Source: Phycisphaerales bacterium (lineage in GTDB: Bacteria; Planctomycetota; Phycisphaerae; Phycisphaerales; UBA1924). Taken from it: a stretch of DNA of 64,000 bases. The stretch spans positions 2,719,638 through 2,783,637 of the forward strand of contig JASGKR010000001.1 of NCBI GenBank assembly GCA_047600535.1. The letters are read 5' to 3'. The notes under the pieces were generated by a model, which did no database searches, was not told the DNA's origin, and saw nothing but the letters and a program-made list of their open reading frames with translations. Below are positions 9,513-22,808 of this stretch, piece after piece; the stretch's first letter is position 1; every line of letters starts with the position of its first letter. Made by a program: the position numbers and the translations under genes.

Positions 9513-9554
9513 GGCCCCGGCGTACTGCCCGGGCCTTTTCATTTCTGCTTTTCG
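9513..9554 (+). terminator. rho-independent terminator
   Basis: The hairpin ggccccggcg-tact-gcccgggcc is followed by ttttcatttctgcttttcg. It lies 75 nt after the 8747-9439 ORF. Confidence 0.55.
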
Positions 9555-9564
9555 CATCTCGTTT

Positions 9565-9800
9565 GACGAGGCCCATGCGCAAGCTTTGGCTCGGTGTGCG
9601 GCGGAATGTGAGAACATAGAGAATCGAAACGCCGTTGCGCGAACGACCGCGCAGCCCAGGCTCGCGCCAGGGCCTCGTTAAAGCGACGACGCCCATGCGC
9701 AAGCTTGGGCTCGGTGTGCGATGGACTGTCGGGCACCGCGAGTGTTGCGGCGTCGTTGCGCAGACGACGCGCAGCCAAGGCTCGTTTTTCGGGCCTTAGA
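9565..9800. repeat. ~120-bp imperfect tandem duplication (2 copies)
   Basis: gacgaggcccatgcgcaagctttggctcggtgtgcg at 9565 matches gacgacgcccatgcgcaagcttgggctcggtgtgcg at 9685. Both copies also share a ...cgttgcgcRRacgacgcgcagccMaggctcg tail. The repeat lies between convergent genes. Confidence 0.55.
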
Positions 9801-11028
9801 ACGAGAAGTTGGTGTTCGGATCCGTCGCGGTCGGGCCTCCCGCGGGCAGGTAGCTGCCGCCGGAGATCGGGACGGGGTTGAGCGTCATCGGAACGATCGG
9901 GGCGACGGCGTTGTTGACGCCGATCACGTAGTTCGCCCCCGTGTTACCGCCGGCCGTGTGGCGGCCGACCCAGTTGAGCGTCCCGGTGATGTCGACGCCG
10001 CGGACGTTGCCGGTGGTGTGATTGCCCTCCAGGCGGTTGCGGGAGCCAGTGATCATGATCCCGCCGCCGGGGTTGGATGCGCCTGCGAGATTGTTGGTGC
10101 AGGTGTTATTCAGCAGCTCGCACTGGTTGACGGCCGCGATCCCGAAGTTCTGGTTGCCGAGCGCGGAGCAGCCGTGGATCGCGCTGCCGGTGAGGGCGGA
10201 GATCCCCCCGCCGGTGTTGGCCGTCGCCGTGCAGGCGCGGATGAGGAGGGCGTTGTTGGCGAAGATGCCGGCGCCGGTGTTGTTGTTCGACGTGCAATCA
10301 ATGACCTGCGATCCGGTGCCGACGGAGATGCCGATGCCGGCGTTGGTCGCCGCGCTGCAGGATTGGACGACGCCGGACGTGACCGTGACGATCCCGACTC
10401 CGCCGTTATTGCGGGCGACGCAGTTGCGGATGACCGCAAAGTCGCGCACCGAGATGCCGTCGGTCGTGTTGCCGTCGACCGTGCAGTCCTCGATAGTCAC
10501 GCGGTCGCCGCCCCTGATGCCGGCACTGTTGGCGATGAAGCGAACGTTGCGAATCGTCGCCATCTGGGGCGCCCCGACGGAGATGTTGATCCCGATGCTG
10601 CCGCACTGCGTCACAGTGCCGTTGAGAATCGTGATGTTGGACTGGCCGTCGAGGTACATGCGGATGCCCGTGCCCGGACCGCTGCCGCTTCCGCGGACCA
10701 TGAAGCCGTTGAGGTCGATGGTCACGTTGCTGGCGCCGATGGCGATGCCGGTCGTGTTCGCCCCTTGCACGACGTCGGCTTCGAGGTAGTAGCTTCCCGG
10801 AGCGGTGATCTCGAAGGTGCCGAACACCCCGCCGGGAGTGTTGGTGCTGTTGATGGCGATGCGCGGCTCAGTCTTGGCGATCTTGTTGTAAAGCTCCTGT
10901 GTCGTCTTGCCGGTCGGCGCGACCGCGCCGGCGGGAGGATCAAGCGGACCGAAGGCGCTGGCTGTGGCGGCGGCGACGAGGGAGGAGGCGAGTGCGACGA
11001 TAAGGCAGCGGCTGGAAGGAATGGTCAT
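9796..11028 (-). CDS. secreted right-handed parallel beta-helix repeat protein, paralog A, with Sec-type signal
   Basis: The signal peptide is MTIPSSRCLIVALASSLVAAATASA. The conserved family N-module is GPLDPPAGAVAPTGKTTQELYNKI...PRIAINSTNTPGG...APGSYYLEADV...IDLNGFMVRGSG. This is followed by many beta-helix rungs (NxxxGIxxxxS). Confidence 0.65.
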   Translation of the reverse strand: MTIPSSRCLIVALASSLVAAATASAFGPLDPPAGAVAPTGKTTQELYNKIAKTEPRIAINSTNTPGGVFGTFEITAPGSYYLEADVVQGANTTGIAIGASNVTIDLNGFMVRGSGSGPGTGIRMYLDGQSNITILNGTVTQCGSIGINISVGAPQMATIRNVRFIANSAGIRGGDRVTIEDCTVDGNTTDGISVRDFAVIRNCVARNNGGVGIVTVTSGVVQSCSAATNAGIGISVGTGSQVIDCTSNNNTGAGIFANNALLIRACTATANTGGGISALTGSAIHGCSALGNQNFGIAAVNQCELLNNTCTNNLAGASNPGGGIMITGSRNRLEGNHTTGNVRGVDITGTLNWVGRHTAGGNTGANYVIGVNNAVAPIVPMTLNPVPISGGSYLPAGGPTATDPNTNFSF

Positions 11029-11706
11029 GGCGAGAGCGTACCGGCGGTCACCTGCTACGCGGGTGCGGCGCGCGAAATTCCGCACGATTGCCTACTTCGC
11101 TGCGGGGTTGCAGTGGCGCTCCGCACGAGGCCCAAAGGCAAGCCTGGACTTTTAGCACGCTAAGCAGCTCGCCCGTGCCTTCTCCCCTTTCGCTACGCCT
11201 TCGGATTGAAAACACGGAGCTCAAAGAGAACACGGAGAAAGGCATGGGTACGGCCGCTGCCACCCCGCCCTTGCTTCCTCCACCCTACACCCCACACTAA
11301 CCGCCATTCTCAACGAACTCCACTCCGGTCTTCTCGCACGCTGCACAAGTTTCTCGCTACCACTCATGCGCTCTGCCGTTCTTTTCTCTCTATGTTTTTC
11401 TCCGTGCTCTCCGTGAGCTCCGTGTTTCACCGACTTTCCAAACAAGCCCTCGTAGCCGCCAAGCGTGCCGGGGTTTTCAAGCCGGCACCAGATTGCGCAG
11501 CTTGCCTAGTTACTAGGTGAGTTCCCCCAACTCAAGAGCTTCGTCAACCTTCGAGTCATGCACGATCTACAAAATCCCCGAATCGCGGGGCTTGCAACTG
11601 CATTCATTATCTGTATTGTGTGTGCGTCGGATGAACACCGCCGGTGTGGGCGGCCCGACATACACGCGAGCCCGTCGAGAGACGTGGCCAAAGAGGAGAG
11701 AGAGTC

Positions 11707-12518
11707 ATGAACAAGCTGACCGCTGTCGCCGTTGTTGCTATCGCCGCGCTCGCGAGCGCCGCTTCTGCCAACATCGTTTATACCACAGGTAATTACGAGC
11801 AGAACTTCAACTCGCTTGCGCTCAGCGGCACCAACCAGTCGTGGACCAACGACAGCACGATCAGCGGCTGGTTCCTCTACCGCGCGCCGCGATCTCGCCT
11901 TTCGCAATTACCACGTACAACGCCGCGCCCGGCTCTAACACCACCGGCAGCTTCTATAGCTTCGGCGCGGCTTCCAGCAACGAACGTGCGTTCGGCGCCA
12001 TCGGCTCCGGCGGCACCTACTACGGCTCACAAGCCAATGGCGCAGTGTGCGGCTGGATCGCCGTCAGCCTCACCAACGGCACCGCCGACACACTCACCGA
12101 TGTGACGATCGGCTTCGACGGCGAGCAGTGGCGCGACGGCGGCTCGAGCGGCGTCACGCCCGCAGCGCAAACGATGGTTCTCGAGTACGGCTTCGGCGCA
12201 ACCTTCGGCGCGGTGACCGCCTGGACTGCGCCGGGCGGGGCGTTCAACTGGAGCTCGCCCGTCATCACCAACACGGGCGGCGGCGCGATGGTCGACGGCA
12301 ACGACGCGGGCCGCGTCGCCGGCCGCGGCGGCACGATCAGCAACCTGGCGTGGGAGCCGGGCCAGACGATGTGGGTCCGCTGGGTCGAAGTGAACGACGC
12401 GGGCAACGACCACGGACTGGCGATCGACAACTTCTCGTTCTCGGCCACGCCCACGCCGGGTGCGGCCGCCGTGCTCAGCTTCGGCATGCTCGCCGCGACG
12501 CGCCGCCGTCGCGCTTGA
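11707..12518 (+). CDS. secreted protein with PTPGA...RRRR (PEP-CTERM-like) C-terminal sorting signal. It is interrupted by a frameshift near 11885.
   Basis: The signal peptide is MNKLTAVAVVAIAALASAASA. The C-terminus is ATPTPGAAAVLSFGMLAATRRRRA. Two overlapping ORFs (11644-12105 and 11841-12518) join with a 1-nt shift at WFLYRA|AAISPF. Confidence 0.5.
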
Positions 12519-12795
12519 CCCTACCCCACCTACAACCATTGTGAAGACCAACCGATAACAGGGCCTGGGCGTACGCCCGGGCCTTTTTCTTTCCATCACC
12601 GGCTCTACGACGTGTAGCCATTAAACGTGGCCGCAACACACATTGCACGGCGCGACATACCCGCAGCTCCACAGTCGCCGCTCGAAACTCGACCTGCAAA
12701 CGTTCTTCATCGCCTCACGCGATTCGGTATGAACGTTGGCCGATCCAGCACTTTTCCCCTTGCATGTCGCGAGGACTGCGCAGTACCGTGCCTCC

Positions 12796-13647
12796 ATGAA
12801 CGAGATCGAACGCCGCACACTCATCGGGGCCGCCGGCATCGGCGCCATCGCCGCACTTTCCAAGGCAGGACCCATCAACCCGCCGGCCGGACCAGTCGGC
12901 TCGACCGGCCGCACGCTCGATGAGGTCTACAACCGCATCCCCGCCGTCGGCGCAGGGGATGGACGCGCGGCGATCGCCGGAAATACCAACTACGGTGTGG
13001 TGCTCAACGCACCAGGCTCTTATCTGCTCACCGGCGATGTCGTCGACCCTCTCGGCAACGGCATCGTCATCGGCGCCAGCGACATCACGCTGGACCTCAA
13101 CGGCTTCGCCGTCCGCAGCGGCAGCGGTAGCGCGTCCGGCATCGCCCTCTCCCCGGGCCTCAAGCGAGTGGTCGTCCGCAATGGGCGAGTCAACGGCTTC
13201 CAGAACGGCATCCTGATCAACGCCGCTTGCCAGAACGTCGTGCTCGAAGACCTGCTGGTCACCGCGGCCCGCGTCACTGGGATCTACCTCAACAGCGCCC
13301 TGGGCGTGCGGGTCCGCCGTTGCACGGTGCAGGACACCGGCGCCACCACCGTTGCGTCCGACTCGATCTCCGACATCACCGGCATCGTGCTCAACAGCGG
13401 TGCATCCACGGTTGAGGATTGCACCGTCAACCGTCTTTACTACTACGGAACGGGCTCGGCGACTCGCCGCGGCATCTGGGCGCCGGACAGCCCGGGGAAC
13501 GTGATCGCGCGCTGCACGATTGCGCACGACGGCGCGATCACCGCGACCGGCATCGCCATCGCCGGAACGAACGTCTATCGCGACAACACGGTCGTCCACT
13601 TCAGTACGCAGTATTCGGGCGGCTTCAACGGCGGCGGGAACACCTGA
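12796..13647 (+). CDS. Tat-signal right-handed beta-helix protein, paralog B
   Basis: The Tat-like motif is MNEIERRTLIGAAGIGAIAAL. The family module is GPINPPAGPVGSTGRTLDEVYNRIP...APGSYLLTGDV...ITLDLNGFAVRSGSG. The C-terminus is YRDNTVVHFSTQYSGGFNGGGNT. Confidence 0.65.
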   Translation: MNEIERRTLIGAAGIGAIAALSKAGPINPPAGPVGSTGRTLDEVYNRIPAVGAGDGRAAIAGNTNYGVVLNAPGSYLLTGDVVDPLGNGIVIGASDITLDLNGFAVRSGSGSASGIALSPGLKRVVVRNGRVNGFQNGILINAACQNVVLEDLLVTAARVTGIYLNSALGVRVRRCTVQDTGATTVASDSISDITGIVLNSGASTVEDCTVNRLYYYGTGSATRRGIWAPDSPGNVIARCTIAHDGAITATGIAIAGTNVYRDNTVVHFSTQYSGGFNGGGNT

Positions 13648-13743
13648 GACATCGCAGAGTTTGCCATCGGCCCCCTCCCGGCATGAACCACGATTCACCA
13701 CAGCGGCCGCTCCGCATACAACCGCGGTGGTCATCACACATTC

Positions 13744-14106
13744 ATGGCCCGCTCCCCCTCTCTACCCTCAGCCATGGCCGACGACCCGCGCCTGAAGATC
13801 CCCGATGAACTGACGCGCCCGGTAGACCGCTCGAAGTTCCCCAGTCTCGCTCCCAAGGGCGATGCTGCGGGAACCGGTAAGGACAAAAAGGGCCGCGGCG
13901 ACGGGACGATGGAGCAATTGGTCAGCATCGGCGTCGTGGGGAGCAACTTCGCCCTCGCAGTCGCGGCGACAGGATTGATCGGCTGGGGCGTTCAAGCCTG
14001 GGTGCTCCCCAAGCTGGCCCCCTGGCCGCTGGTTGTCGGGTTGCTGTTGGGGGTGGTCGTGGGCGCCCTCCGGTTCGTGCAGGACGCCCGGAAGCTCATG
14101 AAGTAG
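13744..14106 (+). CDS. small membrane protein, AtpZ/AtpI-family-like, upstream of the atp operon
   Basis: The 120-aa protein has two C-terminal hydrophobic helices (LVSIGVVGSNFALAVAATGLIGWG..., WPLVVGLLLGVVVGAL). It sits directly 5' of the atpI-like gene and atpB. Confidence 0.4.
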   Translation: MARSPSLPSAMADDPRLKIPDELTRPVDRSKFPSLAPKGDAAGTGKDKKGRGDGTMEQLVSIGVVGSNFALAVAATGLIGWGVQAWVLPKLAPWPLVVGLLLGVVVGALRFVQDARKLMK

Positions 14107-14218
14107 AGACTGAAGCGCCAGCGATCAGGCACCAGCCCAGCCCGTCCCTTGTGGTGGTAGCTGTCTGGCTCCTGATGCCTGCTCGTCCACTTTCCTCCAC
14201 CTTACACCTCACCTACAC

Positions 14219-14742
14219 TTGGCCCCCTTGACCCCGGCCACCGGTCCATCTTCGTCGCCGACACCCTCAGCCACCCCGGCTGTCGGCGTTTCGTCGCTGG
14301 CGTGGGTGATGACGGCGGCGGTAATCTGCGGCGGCGTGCTGGCTGCCGGCGTGCTGGCACAGGTCACGTGGGCGAAGGGCACCCCGGACATCGCCGGACC
14401 AGCCGTGCAGGCCATTCTGGCCGTGCTTGTCGCGATGGGTGTCGGCTACAGCCTGTTCGCTCTGACGGTCGGGCGCACGCCCGCCTCGGCGCCGATGGGC
14501 CTGCTCGCCGGGTCGACGGTGCGGATGCTCGTCGCCCTCTCGATCGCGCTGGTCATGTTCTTCATGGGCGGCTTTGACAAGCCGACCGGCACCGCCTTCT
14601 GGATCGTCTTCCTCTCCGCAGCGCTGGCGGCAATCGTCGCCGAGGCTTCGTGGGGCGTGAAGAACCTGCACCGCATCGCGTCTGCTTCTCAGATTCCCGC
14701 TCCTCAGGCTACTACGGGCGCCGCGCCCGCCGAGACCCACTG

Positions 14743-14743
<1 letters not shown>
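14219..14743 (+). CDS. atpI: ATP synthase protein I-like hydrophobic protein
   Basis: The protein is 174 aa and highly hydrophobic with about 4 TM segments. Its stop overlaps the atpB start (TGATG). Confidence 0.45.
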
Positions 14744-16045
<1,302 letters not shown>

Positions 16046-16054
16046 TCAACCAAC

Positions 16055-16082
16055 GTGCGCCGTCCCGAAAGGGACGGCACAC
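16055..16082 (+). promoter_or_regulatory. stable GNRA-capped hairpin between atpE and atpF (possible attenuator or processing site)
   Basis: The hairpin is gtgcgccgtccc-gaaa-gggacggcacac, a ~12-bp stem with one mismatch. No T-tract follows. Confidence 0.4.
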
Positions 16083-16126
16083 GCTTCCGTCCTGACCGAC
16101 TTTCCACTCCGCCGGAGTTTCAAGCC

Positions 16127-16750
16127 ATGATCAGCACCATCCTCAACACCGTCGTCGTCGCCGCCCTCAGCCAGCCGGGTCACGGCGAAGCCGCCACCGC
16201 CGCCAAGCAGGTTGGCGAGCATGCCGCCGGCGCGGGCGGACACATCGAGCCCGCGGGCGTCCTGCCGACGGTGACGCAGGGCATCGTCCCGGCGATCGTC
16301 TCGCTGGTGGTCTTCGCGGTGGTCTTCGCGGTCCTGGCCGTCAAGGTCTGGCCGACCATCAGCAAGGCTCTCGACGAGCGTGCCAACAAGATCAAGGGTG
16401 AGATCGAGGCCGCCGAAGCCGCCCGCATGACCGCCAAGGCCGCCTTGGAGGAGTACCAGGCCAACCTCGCCCAGGCCCGCACCGAGGCTCAGAAGATGAT
16501 CGCCGACGCCAAGGCACAGCAGCAGGTGCAGTTCGCCGAGATGAAGGCAAAGACCGACGCCGAGCTGACCGCGATGAAGGCCAAGGCGATCGGCGAGATC
16601 GACGCCGCCAAGAAGGCCGCCCTCGCCGAGGTCTACAACCAGACCGCGACGCTCGCGACCACCGTCGCCGGCAAGATTCTGCAGCGCGAGGTCAACAGCA
16701 GCGACCAGCAGCGGTTCGTCAGCGAGGCGCTGGCGGGCATGAAGAACTGA
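16127..16750 (+). CDS. atpF: F0F1 ATP synthase subunit b
   Basis: There is an N-terminal TM segment followed by a long charged, Ala-rich coiled coil (EIEAAEAARMTAKAALEEYQANLAQARTEAQK). The gene sits between atpE and atpH. Confidence 0.8.
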   Translation: MISTILNTVVVAALSQPGHGEAATAAKQVGEHAAGAGGHIEPAGVLPTVTQGIVPAIVSLVVFAVVFAVLAVKVWPTISKALDERANKIKGEIEAAEAARMTAKAALEEYQANLAQARTEAQKMIADAKAQQQVQFAEMKAKTDAELTAMKAKAIGEIDAAKKAALAEVYNQTATLATTVAGKILQREVNSSDQQRFVSEALAGMKN

Positions 16751-16879
16751 GCGGAAGAGTCCAAAGGGTCGAGGAATCAAGGCATCGAGAAGATGCCGTC
16801 TCCTTCGCCCTTCCTTCCCCACTCTTTTCTTCTTGACCCCGCGGTCCCTCGATTCCTCGATCCCTTCCCCGAGCTCACC

Positions 16880-17506
16880 ATGCCCCTCCTCGAATCACAG
16901 CCCGACGCCGTCGCCAACCTCTACGCCCAGTCGCTCTTTGACATCGTCGTCAAGGGCGGCGAGCCGGCCGTTCAGAGCACCCTCGACGAGCTCGAGGCGG
17001 TGATGGACGTCGCCCGCAGTGACAAGCAGTTCAACGAGTTCCTCGCCAGCCGCATCATCTCGCCCGACCAGCGCTCGCAGAGCCTGGACACGATGTTCAA
17101 GGGCAAGCTGAGCGAGCACACCGTGCGTTTCCTGCAGGTGCTCAACGGCAACAGCCGCATGCACGTGCTGCCGGCCGTCGTCGCTGCGTTCGACTCGATC
17201 ACCCACAAGAAGTTCGGCCGCATCGAAGTGGACGTCTACACCGCCACTCCGCTCAGCGACAGCGATAAGGCCGCCCTGGAATCGCAGCTGCAGGCCAAGC
17301 TCGGCCGCGCTCCGGTTATCCACGCCTACACCGACCCCTCGATGCTCGGCGGCATCCGCTTCCAGATCGGCGACAAGCTGATCGACGCCTCACTGGGTGC
17401 CCGCCTTGCCAAGATTCGCGAGCAGATCTCGACCAACGGCCTCCCCGGCGTTCGCGCCGCGGCCGACCGGATCTTCGCAGCGGACCCCAGCCGCAACGGG
17501 CACTAA
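16880..17506 (+). CDS. atpH: F0F1 ATP synthase subunit delta (OSCP)
   Basis: The ~208-aa protein carries the delta-subunit C-terminal motif PSMLGGIRFQIGDKLIDASL. Confidence 0.75.
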   Translation: MPLLESQPDAVANLYAQSLFDIVVKGGEPAVQSTLDELEAVMDVARSDKQFNEFLASRIISPDQRSQSLDTMFKGKLSEHTVRFLQVLNGNSRMHVLPAVVAAFDSITHKKFGRIEVDVYTATPLSDSDKAALESQLQAKLGRAPVIHAYTDPSMLGGIRFQIGDKLIDASLGARLAKIREQISTNGLPGVRAAADRIFAADPSRNGH

Positions 17507-17621
17507 GCAACATTGCTTAAGTTCAGGTAAGTGACGGGTTTTCAGTGGCGAAAACGCCCCTTTCCGGTACGCTGTTGCCGGAGTTCGTTCGCACCCGCGG
17601 AACGTAGGGGATCGCGTCATT

Positions 17622-20600
17622 ATGAATCGCTGCCACATCGTGCGGTCGTTGGCTATCGCTGCGCTCGTCGCCGCGGCCGGTACCGGTACCTCTCTTGGCC
17701 AGACGGCCCATTGGATCGCTCCGGGCACGACCGGCGTGTGGAACGACCCGCTGAATTGGTCCGGCGGCCTGGTGCCGGGGAACGGGAATCCGGGGGCCCC
17801 CACTGTCGCGGTGATCGATCGGGCGGCTGCCGCGCCGTACGAGTCGGTGCTGGACTTCTCCGCGTCGCTGGGATCCGTGCAGATCACCGGCCCATTCGCA
17901 ACGCTGCGACACACCGCAGGCACGCTCACAACGCCGTCGGTCGCGATCGACGGCGGGACCTACCAGCTCATCGGCGGAACGGTGTCGGGCGCGGTGATCT
18001 CGTCCACAAACGGCGGCCGAGTGATGATCGGCACCGACGTCGGCAGCTTCCCCGGCTCGACGTTCATCAACTCGACCGTGAACGCACCCGCGACGCTCGT
18101 GCACGGCGACCTTCAGTTGGACTTCTCCACGTCGTTCCTCGGCGGGCTGACGGTTCTGCACCGCGGGTTCCTGACGTACACCGGCGCGGGCGTGATCCGC
18201 GGCAACATGACGCTCGACCCCAACGCGGGCGACGAGGGGCTCATCAACGTCACCTCCGCGACCGGCGCGAGCCTCTCGATCAACTCCGGCGTCACGATCA
18301 ACGGCAACACGCGGTTCCTGACCGACGGATCGGTCACCAACAACGGCACGGTCGAGCTCCATGACGTGGGCATGGACAACTCGGCCCACTCGTTCAGCAG
18401 CCTGCGTTCCAACTTCGGCACGGTGACCAACAACGGCACTCTTCGTGCTGACGGCGCGTGGATCAGCGTCACGGGCACGTCGTTCGTGCTGCCGGCGAGT
18501 GGACATCTCATCGTCGAGAACAACGCACGCATGTCGATCGGCGCTGGAAACGGTCAGGGCGGCAGCGGCTACACCCTCGCAGGCCAGATCGACGTTACCG
18601 GCAACTCGAGCCTGTCGATCGGCGGCTTTGGCAACTCCGGTTTTATCAACAACGTCAACCTTTCCTCCGACAGCACGCTTTTCATCTCGGGCATCCTCAA
18701 CAACGCGGGCCGCACGATCAATTTCACCCCAGGGATGGGCCGGATCGACGGCACCGGCGGCGTGATCAACGGCGGCACGATCAATATCCAGCCCGGCGGC
18801 CAGGCCCCGCGCCACACGCTGCTCGATGGCGTCACGGTCAACGCCGCTGAACTCGTGCTCGACTCGTCGATGCAGCTGCAGGGGGCGTCGGTGATCAACG
18901 CCCCGCTCATTCGCGTCGGCACCGGCACGCCCGCGGGCGAAGAGGGGGGCCAGCTCTTCATCTTCCCAGGCACCAACTTCGCCCTTGACGGGCGCGATGC
19001 GATTCTCGATCACGGCGAACTAAGCGGCTCTGATGACTGGACGCTCCACATCGCCGCGGGCTCGCAGCTCATCGGGCGCAACGGCGTGATGCGTTCACTC
19101 CTGTCCAACGACGGACTCGTCCTTGACGACACCGGCACAGGCACCATGATCCTCGGCCTGCCCCAGGCCGCCGGCGACTCCTACAACCGCGGCACCATCC
19201 GCACCGCCGTGCCGGGCGCGAGCATCATCGCGTCCAATATCCGCAACCAGGCAACCGGCCTGGTCGAGGCTGGCCCTGGTTCGACCCTCTGGCTCACCGG
19301 CCGCTTCGTCAACAACGGAGTGATCCGCTCCGACGGCGGCACGCTCGTCCTTGACGCTCCGATGGCCCGCAGCGCACTCGGCCAACTCCAGCAGATCAAC
19401 GGCGGCGACTTTGTGATCGCCGACCGTCTCGAGCTCGAAGGCTCGACGCTGGCGTTCGACGGCTCGACCAACGTGTGGCGCCTCGCGGGCACGATGGCCA
19501 ACGGCACGATCGATCTTCCCGCCGGCGTTCCGATGATCGTGTCGGGCGTAGCTGGCGACGGCGGCGGCCTGGTCAACCTCTCCACCGGCCCTGCGTCGCT
19601 TCAAAGCGTCACCCTCCATGGTGATCTGGACGTCCGGGGAGGAGCTCTCAATCTGCAGAACTCAACCATTACCGGGCACATTCAGGCCGCGCTCGGCACG
19701 GCCTTGCGGGTCTACGGCAATACACCCGACGCCCAGGGCCGCACGCCAATCGATCTGCGCATCACCACCGCAAGCCAGCAGACCACCACATACCTCTTCC
19801 CCAGCGGCACCACCGACTCCACCGGCTCCGTCAACCTCGCACCGACCTTTTCGTTCAACGGCGCTGGCAGCTTCACGCTCCCCGGCAACGCAGCGCTCCC
19901 GTCCATCAACCGCGGCCAGATCACCGCCGACCTTGCCGGCCAGATCCTGTACCTTGGCACCGGCACGACTGCATCGTTCACCAACCTGGGCACGGCGACG
20001 GCCCGCAACGGCTCGCGGCTGACCATCGGACCCGTTCTGAACGGCGCCGGCGGCGTCATCGGCGTCGAGCCCGGCAGCGAAACGTGGCTGACCCTCAGCG
20101 GTCCGAACACCGGCACGCTCGCCGTCGACGGCGGGCACATGCGGCTGCTCGGCACGTTCGCCGCATCGTCGATCGGGACCGTGACGCGGAACGCCGCCGC
20201 GCCCGGCCGGTTCACCATCGGCGGCACCGTAAACAATAGCGGCAACTTCCGCACCTCCGACTACGGCGGTCCGGTCGAACTGACCGGCGGCACCATCAGC
20301 GGCGGCACGGTGACGGTGAGCCCCGGCTTCCCCCTCATCGTCGCGCCTCTGACCGGAACCGGGATCAACCAGTATGGCAACGGCATCATCAGCGGCGCAA
20401 CCGTCAACGGTGCTGTCACGCTCAACGGCATCCTCGACCTGACCAACGGCGCCTCGCTCTCAAGCCCTCAGCAAACCACCACCGCCGGCGGCGCCCTGCG
20501 GTACAGCGGCGGCACGATCAGCGGGCTGAACTACACCATCGAGCCGGTCGCCAACGTCACGCCGCAGACGCGCTCGGCCTTCTACGCCAACGGCAACACC

Positions 20601-21452
20601 ACGCTGGGCGCAACCTCGCTGATCTCTGGCGCAGGCGGGCGGCTCACCGGCGGCACGTTCACCGTGCAAGGCACGCTGCGTGCCGACCGCGCCGCTGCGC
20701 CAGGCCTCAGCAACGTGCTGCTTACGCAGTTCACACGGATCCAGAACAGCGGCACGTTCCAGGCGATCAACGGCGGCACGCTCCGCATCGATTACGTGCC
20801 GCAGAGCCCCGGCACCTACGTCCTGGGCAACCTTGTCAACGGCACGCTCACCGGCGGCACGTGGCAGGTCGGCGCAGACAGCACGCTGGACCTTGGCGGT
20901 CGCACCGTGACGACCAGCGCCGCCGGAACGACGATCGAGCTCTCCGGCCTCAACGCCTCGTTCTCCGCGATCAACACCCTTCAGAGCAACGCCGGCACGC
21001 TCAGCCTTCTCACCGGCGCGGCCCTCTCGCTCCCCGGAAACCTCGCCAATACCGGCACGCTCGTTCTCGACGAAGGCCGCCTCACCCTCGGCGGCGCGTT
21101 CAGCCTCGGCACTGGAACGCCGCGCGGCACGCTCTCGGCTCGCAACCTGTCGACCGACGAGACGGCGCCGCTGGCATCATCGACCGCCGCGCTCTCCGGC
21201 ACGCTCAACGCCACGATCGACCCGACGTGGCTCCCCACCATCGGCGGCCGATTCCTTGTGATCTCCGCTCCGTCAGGAATCACGGGCCAGTTCACCACCA
21301 TCAACGTCACCGGCCTGCCCGCGGGATGGAGCGTCACACCCGCGTACGGCGCGACGCAGATGGAACTGGTGGCTATCCCGACACCGGGAGCAACAGCCCT
21401 CGCCGCGGCAGCATTGCTGGGACTTCGCCGGCGCCGCCCCGCCCGCCACTGA
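17622..21452 (+). CDS. giant (1276 aa) secreted Gly/Thr-rich beta-strand-repeat surface protein with PTPGA...RRRR C-terminal sorting signal
   Basis: The signal peptide is MNRCHIVRSLAIAALVAAAGTGTSLGQ. The body is repetitive passenger-like sequence. The C-terminus is AIPTPGATALAAAALLGLRRRRPARH. Confidence 0.7.
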   Translation: MNRCHIVRSLAIAALVAAAGTGTSLGQTAHWIAPGTTGVWNDPLNWSGGLVPGNGNPGAPTVAVIDRAAAAPYESVLDFSASLGSVQITGPFATLRHTAGTLTTPSVAIDGGTYQLIGGTVSGAVISSTNGGRVMIGTDVGSFPGSTFINSTVNAPATLVHGDLQLDFSTSFLGGLTVLHRGFLTYTGAGVIRGNMTLDPNAGDEGLINVTSATGASLSINSGVTINGNTRFLTDGSVTNNGTVELHDVGMDNSAHSFSSLRSNFGTVTNNGTLRADGAWISVTGTSFVLPASGHLIVENNARMSIGAGNGQGGSGYTLAGQIDVTGNSSLSIGGFGNSGFINNVNLSSDSTLFISGILNNAGRTINFTPGMGRIDGTGGVINGGTINIQPGGQAPRHTLLDGVTVNAAELVLDSSMQLQGASVINAPLIRVGTGTPAGEEGGQLFIFPGTNFALDGRDAILDHGELSGSDDWTLHIAAGSQLIGRNGVMRSLLSNDGLVLDDTGTGTMILGLPQAAGDSYNRGTIRTAVPGASIIASNIRNQATGLVEAGPGSTLWLTGRFVNNGVIRSDGGTLVLDAPMARSALGQLQQINGGDFVIADRLELEGSTLAFDGSTNVWRLAGTMANGTIDLPAGVPMIVSGVAGDGGGLVNLSTGPASLQSVTLHGDLDVRGGALNLQNSTITGHIQAALGTALRVYGNTPDAQGRTPIDLRITTASQQTTTYLFPSGTTDSTGSVNLAPTFSFNGAGSFTLPGNAALPSINRGQITADLAGQILYLGTGTTASFTNLGTATARNGSRLTIGPVLNGAGGVIGVEPGSETWLTLSGPNTGTLAVDGGHMRLLGTFAASSIGTVTRNAAAPGRFTIGGTVNNSGNFRTSDYGGPVELTGGTISGGTVTVSPGFPLIVAPLTGTGINQYGNGIISGATVNGAVTLNGILDLTNGASLSSPQQTTTAGGALRYSGGTISGLNYTIEPVANVTPQTRSAFYANGNTTLGATSLISGAGGRLTGGTFTVQGTLRADRAAAPGLSNVLLTQFTRIQNSGTFQAINGGTLRIDYVPQSPGTYVLGNLVNGTLTGGTWQVGADSTLDLGGRTVTTSAAGTTIELSGLNASFSAINTLQSNAGTLSLLTGAALSLPGNLANTGTLVLDEGRLTLGGAFSLGTGTPRGTLSARNLSTDETAPLASSTAALSGTLNATIDPTWLPTIGGRFLVISAPSGITGQFTTINVTGLPAGWSVTPAYGATQMELVAIPTPGATALAAAALLGLRRRRPARH

Positions 21453-21501
21453 AACTGGGGTCTACCGGCTACGATCGGCCCCGAACCGAGGAGCCCCGAT
21501 C

Positions 21502-22710
<1,209 letters not shown>

Positions 22711-22808
22711 ACCGACGCGGGACGCTGCCGTTCCGTTAGACTCTGTCGATCGAACCCAAGGCCCGCGACAACCCGCTTGCTTCGCTCCGCACTCCATCAC
22801 GGACGGCG

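Noticed and set aside
9721-11163. 480-aa plus-strand ORF rich in Arg/Asp/Gly (also 10022-10789, 10110-10439)
   Set aside because: It is antisense to the well-supported beta-helix gene 9796-11028. Its composition is typical of frame artefacts in high-GC DNA.
17523-19013. 496-aa minus-strand ORF (and 17531-18364 plus) overlapping the giant surface protein gene
   Set aside because: These are Arg/Ala-rich artefact frames. The 17622-21452 frame has a signal peptide, a repeat structure and a sorting tail.
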